Source of the DNA: a virus
Virus record (IMG/VR): IMGVR_UViG_3300028029_000006
Span: 184,236 to 248,235 of that record
DNA length: 64,000 bases
Strand: one strand, 5' to 3'
The translations under genes and the position numbers were made by a program. The notes below the pieces were generated by a model that was not told the DNA's origin, did no database searches, and saw nothing but the letters and a program-made list of their open reading frames with translations. Of this stretch, positions 9,700-19,750 are shown one piece after another (the stretch's first letter is position 1; every line of letters starts with the position of its first letter).

Positions 9700-10292
9700 T
9701 CTTCTGCCAAATGATGAGGGTATCGTTTAATAAAATCAACTTGATTAAGTCCTGACTCTTCAACACTCTTCTTCCAATAAAGATAAAGATTCCTTGCATC
9801 AGACTCAGCATTATGAATACCTTTAACAGTTTTAATATTAGCAAATTTTAAAAGTGTTCCCAATTGATTATTCTTAGGCTTAATTCCAGTTCTTAGCGCC
9901 CATTTTTTAGCCACATCCATAGTATTAAGCCAACAAATAGCAGGAAATGTTTTACCTACACTTGCCCACAAAGCATGACAAAAACGTTTATCAAAAGGAG
10001 CGTTATGAGCAACTATACAACGGTGTTCTATAGTTAACTCATCTTGATTGATGAATTTTTCGAATTTTTCAACAACTTCTTCTTTTGCGTCTCCTTTCAT
10101 TAAGTCAGCAATGGTCATACCAGTGATCTCTAAAGCTCTTCCATCAGCTCTATCAGGGTATTCACACTTAATCCTTTTTGTTAGTTGAACTCTGTCATCA
10201 TATCTAATGATTGAAAGCTCAGTCATTTCATGATACCCCGCTTTCAATCCACAAGTTTCAGAATCCAATACATAATACTTCAAACCAGACAT
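9696..10292 (-). CDS. DEDDh 3'-5' exonuclease (DnaQ-like)
   Basis: Motifs LDSETCG, AHNAPFD and HNAESDA. Confidence 0.88.
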   Translation of the reverse strand: MSGLKYYVLDSETCGLKAGYHEMTELSIIRYDDRVQLTKRIKCEYPDRADGRALEITGMTIADLMKGDAKEEVVEKFEKFINQDELTIEHRCIVAHNAPFDKRFCHALWASVGKTFPAICWLNTMDVAKKWALRTGIKPKNNQLGTLLKFANIKTVKGIHNAESDARNLYLYWKKSVEESGLNQVDFIKRYPHHLAEE

Positions 10293-10308
10293 AAATTTTT
10301 CCTTTCAG

Positions 10309-10641
10309 TTATTTTTTACAACCACAACCATCATCATCGCTTGGAAAACTACATGAGCCTCCAGCATTTTTTCCACCTAAACCGCCAACCCCACCTGCTC
10401 CACCTAAACCACCAACATTACTGTTGACTGCTGCTCCACCTTCACCTCCAACACCTCCCGTTCCCACAGAAACGGTTGTTGAATCACCTCCTTGGCTACT
10501 AGTCGTAGTTTGACTCATTCCACCATCTCCTCCTACTGTAGTTGAAGCTGACGGAATGTCTACCATTTCACTTCCTGGGCATCCAAAAGTTAAAAACCCA
10601 AAACATAGTACCATTACACTTAACACAATTGCATTTCTCAT
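10309..10641 (-). CDS. Gly/Thr/Ser-rich lipoprotein
   Basis: Signal peptide ending TFGC; GGxGG low-complexity linker; Cys-rich end. Confidence 0.65.
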   Translation of the reverse strand: MRNAIVLSVMVLCFGFLTFGCPGSEMVDIPSASTTVGGDGGMSQTTTSSQGGDSTTVSVGTGGVGGEGGAAVNSNVGGLGGAGGVGGLGGKNAGGSCSFPSDDDGCGCKK

Positions 10642-10734
10642 TTAATATCCTCTTGACTAGATTAATAATAGTTCAAAAACTCAACTGCTCTCGAAGCTAT
10701 TAAAAGGTATATATCATTTTAGACACATTTAATT

Positions 10735-11412
10735 ATGAATAAGTTTGCTCAAATTTTAGAGTCTGACATTGACTCTCTCATCTATCAATTATTAGGCAAA
10801 GCTGTGCCTTCAAGCTCAGAAAGTGTTGAGACTGATACTGAGGCAAATAAAATTGATGAAAGTTACCAGCTGCCAGTTAAACATACTAAGGGAGGCAAGG
10901 ATATCGATGAAGATAATAAACCTTGGGTTGTGGGGACTTACCTTCCGGGTCAATATATAAATGTAACCCATATTCAAGGGCATGAGGGGATCGATTTAAA
11001 ATCTGATAGAGGTTCACCTATTTATCCAATTGCTTCTGGCATAGTTACAGAGGCGCGAGACTATCCTAAAGGTGGTAAAACCGTTAAAGTCTCCCATGAA
11101 GACGGCAAAGTTGTCTCATACTATGCTCATATGGATGTTGTTCATGTGTCTCCTGGACAAGAGGTTACTCAATCATCTGTCATAGGTAATATGGGAGACA
11201 CTGGAAATGCCAAAGGAAGAGGTGCTCATCTTCATTATGAAGTGAAAATTGAAGGAAAAAAGATTGATCCACAAAGCATTACTGGCAAAAGAGTCGGATC
11301 ATTATCTAAACGAGCAGAATTTATTGCTAATATTATTAAGGGTTTAGATGATATGGTAGGAAGAAAAGGTAGCTTAAAAGATATCATCGATTACCTCAAA
11401 AAAAGCTCATGA
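10735..11412 (+). CDS. M23 family metallopeptidase
   Basis: Motifs HEGIDL, YAHM and GAHLHYEV. Confidence 0.9.
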   Translation: MNKFAQILESDIDSLIYQLLGKAVPSSSESVETDTEANKIDESYQLPVKHTKGGKDIDEDNKPWVVGTYLPGQYINVTHIQGHEGIDLKSDRGSPIYPIASGIVTEARDYPKGGKTVKVSHEDGKVVSYYAHMDVVHVSPGQEVTQSSVIGNMGDTGNAKGRGAHLHYEVKIEGKKIDPQSITGKRVGSLSKRAEFIANIIKGLDDMVGRKGSLKDIIDYLKKSS

Positions 11413-11422
11413 TATTATACAT

Positions 11423-12475
11423 ATGAGCAGAAAATATTCAAAAAAGTATTTTATTAATTTAGCTAAACAAAAAGGTTTCAGATTATCATCTGAATTCCTT
11501 GGTCTACAAAATCATTTATTAATTAAATGTATTAAGTGTTCTTTTATTAGAAAATTAGCCCGAGCAAGATTTCTTTTAGATTGTGATATTTACTGCAAGC
11601 CATGTTATAAAACAGCTGATTTCATTAAACATTCAAACATAACTCACAATAACAAATATGATTATTCTTTAGCTAAATATATTAATTATGATGTTAAAAT
11701 TAAAATCATATGTAGAGATCATGGTATTTTTAAACAAACTCCCTATAATCATAAATCTAGAAGTGGTTGTCCAAAATGCTCTCTTCAAAAAAAGACTTTA
11801 TCTGAAGATGAATTTATTAATCTTTGTAAAAAGATACATGGAAATAAATATGATTACAAATTAGTGAAGTATATTAGTAATAAAAGTAAAGTTCAAATAA
11901 TATGTGAAAAACATGGAGTTTTTGAGCAACGAGCTGATGCCCATAAAGGAGGACAAGGTTGTTCTAAATGTATGTCAGAAGGCCAAAGAACTACTAATAA
12001 AGATTTTATTGATAGATCTAACAAGGTTCATGATAGCAAATATAGTTATTCAAAATGCAAATATATTAAATTGAAGAAAAAAGTAAAAATAACATGTAAA
12101 ATTCATGGAGATTTCCTTCAACACCCATCAGATCATTTAAATGGCTCTGGATGTAAAAAATGTGTCGGACGAATATCTAAAAAAGAAACTGACTGGTTGG
12201 ATTCTTTTAATATTAAAATTAGAAATAAAATTATTTGGTTAAATTCAAAAAAATATATTTTTGCAGATGGTTTAGATGAAGAAACCAATACTATTTATGA
12301 ATTTTATGGTGATTATTGGCATGGGAATCCGAACGTTTATGATCAAGATAAAAATTGTTTTACCAATCAAACATTTGGGGATTTCTATAAAAGGACAATT
12401 AAACGCGAAAAATTAATTAAAAAAGCAGGATATAATCTTGTTACTATTTGGGAATCTGATTATGATTCTAAATAA
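11423..12475 (+). CDS. EDxHD/Vsr-like homing endonuclease with Zn-binding repeats
   Basis: Three H.NKYDYS..C..HG.F.Q..GC.KC repeats; DG..EFYGDYWHGNP..IWESD. Confidence 0.75.
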   Translation: MSRKYSKKYFINLAKQKGFRLSSEFLGLQNHLLIKCIKCSFIRKLARARFLLDCDIYCKPCYKTADFIKHSNITHNNKYDYSLAKYINYDVKIKIICRDHGIFKQTPYNHKSRSGCPKCSLQKKTLSEDEFINLCKKIHGNKYDYKLVKYISNKSKVQIICEKHGVFEQRADAHKGGQGCSKCMSEGQRTTNKDFIDRSNKVHDSKYSYSKCKYIKLKKKVKITCKIHGDFLQHPSDHLNGSGCKKCVGRISKKETDWLDSFNIKIRNKIIWLNSKKYIFADGLDEETNTIYEFYGDYWHGNPNVYDQDKNCFTNQTFGDFYKRTIKREKLIKKAGYNLVTIWESDYDSK

Positions 12476-12527
12476 ATTTAAAGAGATTATCGATTCTCTT
12501 AATAAAAGTTAGTGTTATTATATAAGT

Positions 12528-13475
12528 ATGACTAAGAAAAAGAATTATTCAAAAAAGTATTTTGTCACCTTGGCTAAACAAAAAGGTTTTAGCTTATCAT
12601 CTGATTTTACCGGGCTGCAAAATAATTTATTAATTAAATGTATTAAATGTTCTTCTTTAAGAAGTTTAATAACGGCAAAATTTTTGTTGGATTGCGATAT
12701 TCAATGCAAATCATGTCAAAAAACCAATGATTTTATTGAATCTGTGAATTTAGTTCATAAAAACAAATACGATTATTCATTAACTGTATTTGTTAATCGC
12801 AATACTAATATCAAAATAACTTGTAAAAAGCATGGCGTTTTTGAACAGCTTCCTTACAAGCACAAGTATGGTGATGGTTGTATTAAATGTGATAATGATG
12901 AGAAGAAGGTTAAATCAAAACCAGTTCGTAAGAAAGCGGTTAAAAAAACTACCAAAAAGAAAATTGTACCTAAAAAATCAGCACCAATAACAGCTAAAGG
13001 TGATTTTATTAATAAAGCAAATGTAGTTCATGATAATAAATATGATTATTCAAGATGTAATATTAAAAATAAGGAAGTTATTATAGTTTGCAAGAATCAT
13101 GGAAGTTTTTCTGAAACTAAAACCAATCACTTATCAGGAATTGGTTGTAAAAAATGCGTAGATATGGTGACTAAAAAAACAGCTGCTTGGTTAGATCAGT
13201 TGGGTATCAAAATTAGAAATCAAACAGTATGGATTAGACATGGCGAATCTGTTTTTGTTAACGGTCTTGATAAGAAGACTAAGACAATTTACGAGTTTTA
13301 TGGTGATTACTGGCATGGTAATCCAAATGTTTATAATCAAGATAAGGAGTGTTTCCCTAATAAAACATTTGGAGATTTTTATAAGAGAACAATTGAACGT
13401 GAGGAGCTGATTAAAAAGTGGGGATATAGCTTGGTTACTATTTGGGAGTCTGATTATGATTCCAAACAAGCTTAA
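12528..13475 (+). CDS. EDxHD/Vsr-like endonuclease, tandem paralog
   Basis: Same architecture with two repeats plus a Lys-rich insert. Confidence 0.72.
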   Translation: MTKKKNYSKKYFVTLAKQKGFSLSSDFTGLQNNLLIKCIKCSSLRSLITAKFLLDCDIQCKSCQKTNDFIESVNLVHKNKYDYSLTVFVNRNTNIKITCKKHGVFEQLPYKHKYGDGCIKCDNDEKKVKSKPVRKKAVKKTTKKKIVPKKSAPITAKGDFINKANVVHDNKYDYSRCNIKNKEVIIVCKNHGSFSETKTNHLSGIGCKKCVDMVTKKTAAWLDQLGIKIRNQTVWIRHGESVFVNGLDKKTKTIYEFYGDYWHGNPNVYNQDKECFPNKTFGDFYKRTIEREELIKKWGYSLVTIWESDYDSKQA

Positions 13476-13781
13476 GGAATTCTGATAAAGCGGTTTGAAT
13501 ATCATCTATACGTGTTTCAGACTGAGTTGATTCATTGTAAATGATCCAGTACTGTTTATTGTTGATTGGCCCAATTCCATTTAAATGAATGTTTTTATGG
13601 AAGTATGATTCTCCCATATGCATACCATCCAATGTTAATTTTATGGCTATTTGGATTGAGTTTTGTTTTTTATTTTTTAAACTAATCATAACATTTCTGA
13701 GCAATTATATTCTTTTGTCATTTTTCATAATGGATTTTTTATAAAATCTTTTGACATTTTTGTAGGGTAAGATATAGCAAT

Positions 13782-14546
13782 TCAGTTTATTTTATTTTGA
13801 AATTCTACAGTGAATTCTTTTGATAATATTTGAGTTTTGGATATTTTGTCCCAGTTTACTTTATCTTGGAATTCTCTTATGAAATCTTCTGATAACATTT
13901 GATACCCAGATATAGATGTCCAATCTAATCTGTCTTGAAATTCTCTTATAAATTCTTCAGATAAATCTCGTCTCCAAGATATACTAAACCAATCTATTTC
14001 ATCTTTAAATTCTTTCACAAAACTTTTAGATAAATACTCATTACTAGACATAACCTCCCAATTTATTTTACCTTTAAATTCTTTAACAAAATTCGAAGAT
14101 AACTTTTGATTCTCAGATATATAAAACCAATTTACTTTATCTTGAAAATCTCTTATAAAATCTTCTGATAATACTTGGTGATAAAGTATCCCCCTAAAAT
14201 TTAATTTATCTTCAAATTCTCTAATAAAATCTTCAGACAATTCTTGATGTGCAGATACTTGATGCCAATCTACTTTATCTTGAAATTCTCTTATAAATTC
14301 TTCTGATAACTTCTGACATTTAGATATAAAATACCAATCTACTTTATCGTGAAATTCTCTAATAAAACTCTCAGATAATATTTGACTTTCAGATATCCTC
14401 CTCCAATTTACATAGTTTTGGAATTCTCTAATAAAATTCTCTGATAATACTTGGTTATAAGATATCCTATTCCAATCTAAAATTGATAAAGCTATTTTAT
14501 ATAGAGTAAAATGAGATTTTATTTTTTTTAATATTGTTTTAATCAT
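13782..14546 (-). CDS. Trp-repeat protein (22-aa repeats)
   Basis: About 10 LSExFIREFxDKVxW repeats. Confidence 0.85.
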   Translation of the reverse strand: MIKTILKKIKSHFTLYKIALSILDWNRISYNQVLSENFIREFQNYVNWRRISESQILSESFIREFHDKVDWYFISKCQKLSEEFIREFQDKVDWHQVSAHQELSEDFIREFEDKLNFRGILYHQVLSEDFIRDFQDKVNWFYISENQKLSSNFVKEFKGKINWEVMSSNEYLSKSFVKEFKDEIDWFSISWRRDLSEEFIREFQDRLDWTSISGYQMLSEDFIREFQDKVNWDKISKTQILSKEFTVEFQNKIN

Positions 14547-14549
14547 AAT

Positions 14550-14945
14550 TTATTTCACATCAAAGTTGATTCCAGCCTCTTTAAGCTTTTCCTTAATTTC
14601 ATCAATATTCTCCAATTGAAACTCATTAATTTCATCTTCATAATCCAATGATATTCTTAGAAAATCTACATGTGCTTTACTTGTTAGATTCATTCCAGCT
14701 TTATTAAGAGCAATAACCATTTCTTTAAATTCAATTTTGCCTTCTTGATATTCCAACATTAATTCATCTCGAATTTTCAATCCATAAGCATTAAGCTCTT
14801 CAAAATTCTCCTTAAATTTCTTTCCAACTTCTTTAGGCCACATGCATGATTGATTATCCATAAATTGTTCGGTAGCAGTTTCGCTACATAAATCTAAATA
14901 ACTTTTTAATACATCTAATACAACATCTTTATCATGTTTTAACAT
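14550..14945 (-). CDS. hypothetical protein
   Basis: Operonic ORF. Confidence 0.6.
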   Translation of the reverse strand: MLKHDKDVVLDVLKSYLDLCSETATEQFMDNQSCMWPKEVGKKFKENFEELNAYGLKIRDELMLEYQEGKIEFKEMVIALNKAGMNLTSKAHVDFLRISLDYEDEINEFQLENIDEIKEKLKEAGINFDVK

Positions 14946-15286
14946 TAAACTTCCTTCCCTATAACTAAAGTATCATAATTTGCTGAAATGGCATATTCAA
15001 AAAGAGCTAACTTCAAAGTGTCTATTGATAATTCTTCATCCGCAAACACCCAATCATATCCGTCCCAAGTAGCTACAAACATTTCTTGGTCTTCCATTAT
15101 CCAAACAGCTTCTTTCTCTGTTTGAAATATAACCATTGGCGCCCCTTTTAATTTTAGTTCACGTTGCGCCTTGGGGATCACCCTCTCTAATAACTTAGAA
15201 ACATCTTCAATATTCATAATGATTTTCACCCCAACAAAAACATAACCATCTATATCTAACAAAGCTTTGCTGGTCAGGGTTTTCAA
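14945..15286 (-). CDS. hypothetical protein
   Basis: Operonic ORF; start uncertain. Confidence 0.55.
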   Translation of the reverse strand: MKTLTSKALLDIDGYVFVGVKIIMNIEDVSKLLERVIPKAQRELKLKGAPMVIFQTEKEAVWIMEDQEMFVATWDGYDWVFADEELSIDTLKLALFEYAISANYDTLVIGKEV

Positions 15287-15366
15287 TATACCATTTATGT
15301 AATTTATAGTCTTTATAATAAAATTTCACTATTTTAAAATCATACTTTCCAATATTTAATTTCATA

Positions 15367-15579
15367 TTAATATAAACCTGAGCCATCATTTTTAGAGTTT
15401 TCAATAGCCGCTTGTAAATCTTTTGCATTTACTAAAACTTCTACATCACCAATAGCAATAGTTATTAAACTTTTTCTTATATTACAACTGCCTACTAATA
15501 GTAAATACTTACTATCTTCTAATGTAAGACTGTTTGTATCATGTTTAATTGTTTTTACTACATTTTTTACTTTAATCAT
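15367..15579 (-). CDS. hypothetical protein
   Basis: ORF with RBS-like GGGGA. Confidence 0.55.
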   Translation of the reverse strand: MIKVKNVVKTIKHDTNSLTLEDSKYLLLVGSCNIRKSLITIAIGDVEVLVNAKDLQAAIENSKNDGSGLY

Positions 15580-15784
15580 TTTATCCCCATCTTTCTAACC
15601 ATTTTAATTCACCGCAGCGAGTTTTCTTATAATGCCCCCAGCATAAAAATAACCATCTATATCTGGCAGCGTAATATCTTTCGCTAGAATGTTCTACATG
15701 CCATTTTACAGGTCTTAAAAACATCATGCAGTGTTTAAAAGACATATGAAATTCATATATCCCAATTTTTAATTTCTTTTCATA

Positions 15785-16111
15785 TTAGTTTGCCATTGGT
15801 GATAGTGTTTTAGCTTCAGGTACATCATCAACCACTCGAAGGCCACGTACTAATAATACAATTTCTTCTGGAGTTAACATTCTATAATCACCAATGTATT
15901 CAATATTTTCAAGTAGTTGGTTAAAACCGATTAAACCTTCCCATATCCATAATCCATAAATGTTATCTTCATTGGGAGGGGTTAATAATAAATCAGATGT
16001 ATTATGACAACCTCCTTCTTCAATATCTTCAGCAACTTCTCCATTGCGAGAGTAATCTAAAATCATTCCATCATTCCATGTGGAGAAAAATATCATTATT
16101 TGTTCTTTCAT
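15785..16111 (-). CDS. hypothetical protein
   Basis: AAGGA upstream of ATG. Confidence 0.65.
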   Translation of the reverse strand: MKEQIMIFFSTWNDGMILDYSRNGEVAEDIEEGGCHNTSDLLLTPPNEDNIYGLWIWEGLIGFNQLLENIEYIGDYRMLTPEEIVLLVRGLRVVDDVPEAKTLSPMAN

Positions 16112-16140
16112 TTTATTCCTTTAACAATTGGTTTAATTTT

Positions 16141-16980
16141 TCATACATCTACTAACTCCGATAATATCTCTATCTTTGAACTTCTAATCTTCTTGTTATT
16201 ATGTACAATTGCTCCAATACTCTCAATCGGAATTTTTACCTTGAATATTTTTCCTTTTGAATAATAATTCTTTGCTTTTTCAATTGCCCAAGAAGATAAA
16301 CCAAATGAATTCTCATGATCAATATTCATATCACAATGGCAAGTATAAGTATTTCCTACCTCATACTTATATTGAAAATTAAAAACACTATGACCATCTT
16401 CTTTTACTGATTTATATGCTATAATTGTTGTTTCATTATCTACAATTTCATAATTAGTGTTCTCTTTAATATATTTTAATTTATCTTCAACTGATTTGTA
16501 TAACCAATTTGTTTCAGGATCAGGTTTATCTAAATTAAATTCTTTTCTGAATTCTTCAGATAATTTTTGATAAGAAGATATTCGCCTCCAGTTTACTTTA
16601 TTTTTAAACTCTCTAATGAAATCTTCAGATAACTTTTGACGGATTGATATATAATCCCAATCTACTCTATCTTTAAATTCTCTAATAAAATCTTCTGATA
16701 ACTTTTGCCAACCAGATATTGTAGACCATTCTACTTTATCTTGAAATTCTTTAATGAATTCTTCAGATAACTTTTGACACCAAGATATATCATACCATTC
16801 TACTTTATCTTGAAATTCTCTAATAAATTCTTCTGATAAAGTTTGAAATTGAGATATATAATACCAATCTACTTTATTTTTAAAATCCTCTCTTGATTTC
16901 TTATATAATTTATCTTGTTTAGTGAACCTCATTTCTGAACAATTATATTCAGAAGCTATTTTTTTAATTAATTTTTTCAT
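16141..16980 (-). CDS. Trp-repeat protein with C-terminal AYK..FGLS..KIR domain
   Basis: About 5 repeats; C-domain near-identical to 25679..26866. Confidence 0.85.
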   Translation of the reverse strand: MKKLIKKIASEYNCSEMRFTKQDKLYKKSREDFKNKVDWYYISQFQTLSEEFIREFQDKVEWYDISWCQKLSEEFIKEFQDKVEWSTISGWQKLSEDFIREFKDRVDWDYISIRQKLSEDFIREFKNKVNWRRISSYQKLSEEFRKEFNLDKPDPETNWLYKSVEDKLKYIKENTNYEIVDNETTIIAYKSVKEDGHSVFNFQYKYEVGNTYTCHCDMNIDHENSFGLSSWAIEKAKNYYSKGKIFKVKIPIESIGAIVHNNKKIRSSKIEILSELVDV

Positions 16981-17003
16981 ATAATATTACCAAATAATTG
17001 TAG

Positions 17004-17813
17004 ATGAGTAATTTCAGAAAAATAACCTTACAAAAATTAGCAGGTAATTTAACCAATTTTGTTAAAAAAGAATTAGGAAAACTTAAATCTTCCTTCAAAG
17101 AAGCTTTTCTTAAGCTACCACCAGGTCTCGAAAGAGAAAAGCTTATTTATGAACAAGTAATCAAAAGTAATTTAAAAGCTAACTTGATCCCAGTTACTAT
17201 TGATGGACCAGCTGGAATTAAAATTACTTATAGTGTGATGCCTGATTATATTACCATTGATGGAATTAGAATTCCTATGGCAGGTAAAACTGCTCAAAAA
17301 GTTGCTGACCATTTTAAAATGAAACTTCCAACCGATAAAATGTCAGATCAAATCTGGGAAGCAGCAGATGTTAAGCTTCGTCCAGCTCCTCTTTCTTCTG
17401 GTGGTAGAATTGGTGGTAAATATTATTCTGGGAAAGAAGTTGTGAAATCTAAAATTGGAGATTCCGATTCAGCAGTCGCTTATAGTGAAATGATTGAAGA
17501 ACAACTTAAAGAGAAAGGAAAAAAAGGATTAATTGCTGGGCATATGAAGTCTGTTATCATGCCTCTTAGACCAGGTAAACTTGGTTTATATGGATGGAGA
17601 GGGGAAAAAGGGGATACGATTCAAAAATCACCAATAACATCTCATGACACGTCTATACATACTGAGTACGGAGCAGGAACAAGGTTGGTAGATCGAAAAA
17701 TCACAGTTACTCTTCCAAATGGTAAAATTATTAAAACAACTATGGATGAAGTAATGAATCACCCAAAACTTTATAAGTATATTTCACAAGTTAAAGGGAT
17801 TAATAAATATTAA
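17004..17813 (+). CDS. conserved hypothetical protein (VMPDY/IAGH/YGW family), possible cell-wall enzyme
   Basis: Paralog of 3996..4823; function is inference. Confidence 0.65.
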   Translation: MSNFRKITLQKLAGNLTNFVKKELGKLKSSFKEAFLKLPPGLEREKLIYEQVIKSNLKANLIPVTIDGPAGIKITYSVMPDYITIDGIRIPMAGKTAQKVADHFKMKLPTDKMSDQIWEAADVKLRPAPLSSGGRIGGKYYSGKEVVKSKIGDSDSAVAYSEMIEEQLKEKGKKGLIAGHMKSVIMPLRPGKLGLYGWRGEKGDTIQKSPITSHDTSIHTEYGAGTRLVDRKITVTLPNGKIIKTTMDEVMNHPKLYKYISQVKGINKY

Positions 17814-17816
17814 TAA

Positions 17817-18413
17817 TTAGCCTATCATAGTAAATTTATTATATTTTAAATTAAAACTCCATCTTACTTTTTTGAATTCTTCGATAAATTCATCTGATAA
17901 TTCATTGTGACCAAGTTTGTCCCAATATAATTCGTTTTTAAATGTTCTAATGAAATCTTCTGATAGTTTTTGATAAATAGATATCCAATACCAATTTACT
18001 TTATCTTGAAAATCAAAAATAAAATTTTCTGATAATTTTTGATAAACAGATATTGCTTCCCAATTAATTCTATTAATCTTATCTTTAAACTCTCTAAGAA
18101 AATCTTCAGATAAATCTTGACCTTCAAATATATAAACCCAATCAACTTTATCTTGAAAATCTTTAATGAAATCACCAGACATTTTTTGATTTTTAGAAAT
18201 GCAACTCCAATCTACTTCATTTTGAAATGATCTGATAAAATCTTCTGATAAATCTTGGCAATTAGATATGTTAAACCAATTTACTTTATTACTGAATTCT
18301 TTTATAAATTCTTCAGGTAATATAAAATTCATAGATATATCATGCCAATGTACTTTATCTTCAAATTCTTTTCTTGACATTTCATGTAGCTTATAATTTG
18401 AATTAAATGTCAT
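17817..18413 (-). CDS. Trp-repeat protein; family N-cap extends upstream to 18479
   Basis: About 7 repeats; upstream in-frame KELIKLIARTYDCSE matches the family N-cap. Confidence 0.8.
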   Translation of the reverse strand: MTFNSNYKLHEMSRKEFEDKVHWHDISMNFILPEEFIKEFSNKVNWFNISNCQDLSEDFIRSFQNEVDWSCISKNQKMSGDFIKDFQDKVDWVYIFEGQDLSEDFLREFKDKINRINWEAISVYQKLSENFIFDFQDKVNWYWISIYQKLSEDFIRTFKNELYWDKLGHNELSDEFIEEFKKVRWSFNLKYNKFTMIG

Positions 18414-18479
18414 TTCTGAGCAATCATATGTTCTAGCTATTAATTTAATTAATTCTTTCGTATCACCTTTTATTTTTTT

Positions 18480-18755
18480 TCATAATTCTTTCTCTTCTAT
18501 AAGAGTTGCGCCCGCCCCTCTATCTCCAAATTCGAAACCTAGTATATAAAATCCCCAGCGACGTGGAAGCAACCTGCCTGGGATCCACTTGATAACACCA
18601 GGTCGGTTGCGAAAAAATCCAGCTCGTGAGCCCGACCCGCGAAAAAGAGCTACCCACCAATCCCAAGGTAAAATATGTATTGGCCACTTAATAGATCCAT
18701 CTTCCTCTCTACATACAATACCAATCTTAACAAGTAATTTAATTAATTTTTTCAT
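18480..18755 (-). CDS. hypothetical protein
   Basis: Operonic ORF. Confidence 0.6.
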   Translation of the reverse strand: MKKLIKLLVKIGIVCREEDGSIKWPIHILPWDWWVALFRGSGSRAGFFRNRPGVIKWIPGRLLPRRWGFYILGFEFGDRGAGATLIEEKEL

Positions 18756-19340
18756 TTAACCTTCAATTCTTCTTCTAATTTTATCTAGCTTCTTTTCATC
18801 GCCATTTTCCAAATTAAACTGAATGGCATTAAACATATACTTTTTTCCCATTGATATATTTTTGCTTAAATCATCTAAATAAGCACAACCAAAATAATCT
18901 GGATGTTCCAATAAAAAGCTTTTAAAATATAATTTTGAAGGTTTTCTTGCTCCAACTTCACAACTTAAATGTAAATCACAACCTTCCAATAATTCAGGAA
19001 TATTCTCTTTTATATATCTTAAATGAACAAACCCTATATTGCTAAGCAAAGCTACATTATAACCTTCGCTTTTTAACTTGGCCAAATATTTCATCATAAT
19101 TTCATTTGGAATTAACATTTCATTCCAAGCGTCTATTAATTCTTTGCATTCAAAAATTCCAAATTTTACCTTTAATTCATATGAAATTGTTGTTAAACCA
19201 AGATCTTGACGAGTTTGTAAATCACATAAAAAAGCCATTGAATCTTCTATTTGATTTAGATGAAGCTCATTATATTTTTTAAAAAATGGTTCAAAATTAA
19301 GCTCCAATAAAACTCTTCCAATATCAAATGCTACATACAT
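18756..19340 (-). CDS. HAD-superfamily hydrolase
   Basis: FDIGRVL, LLSN, SCEVGARKP and YLDD motifs. Confidence 0.82.
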   Translation of the reverse strand: MYVAFDIGRVLLELNFEPFFKKYNELHLNQIEDSMAFLCDLQTRQDLGLTTISYELKVKFGIFECKELIDAWNEMLIPNEIMMKYLAKLKSEGYNVALLSNIGFVHLRYIKENIPELLEGCDLHLSCEVGARKPSKLYFKSFLLEHPDYFGCAYLDDLSKNISMGKKYMFNAIQFNLENGDEKKLDKIRRRIEG

Positions 19341-19354
19341 AATTATTTAAACCT

Positions 19355-19750
19355 TTATAACCATTTCTGTTTAGAAGTTCCATTTAAATATTCTTGAGAA
19401 TATGAGTTAATGTTTTCTTTATCTTCAGTTTTATACTTTTTTACCTTCTCATTATACTTTTCTTCAGTATAACGAATACCTTCAAGCCACCAGTATTTAT
19501 CTCCATCAGCATATTCAACCGCTGGACCATTTGTTCTATGACATTCACCATTTACATACCAAGCTTTATCCCCACCTACATGCTCATAAGCTGGTAAATC
19601 ATTATCCCTATGAAGCTTTCCATTTAACCACCATTCTTTAGTTCCATTTACCCGTTCAATAGCTGGTAAATCATTCTCTCTATGATAATCACCACTAGGT
19701 AATTTCCAAAACTCATTACCATGTTCATCTATTTCACATATTAATTTCAT
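19355..19750 (-). CDS. HRENDLPA-repeat protein with NSYSQ..KWL tail
   Basis: Three repeats plus tail. Confidence 0.82.
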   Translation of the reverse strand: MKLICEIDEHGNEFWKLPSGDYHRENDLPAIERVNGTKEWWLNGKLHRDNDLPAYEHVGGDKAWYVNGECHRTNGPAVEYADGDKYWWLEGIRYTEEKYNEKVKKYKTEDKENINSYSQEYLNGTSKQKWL

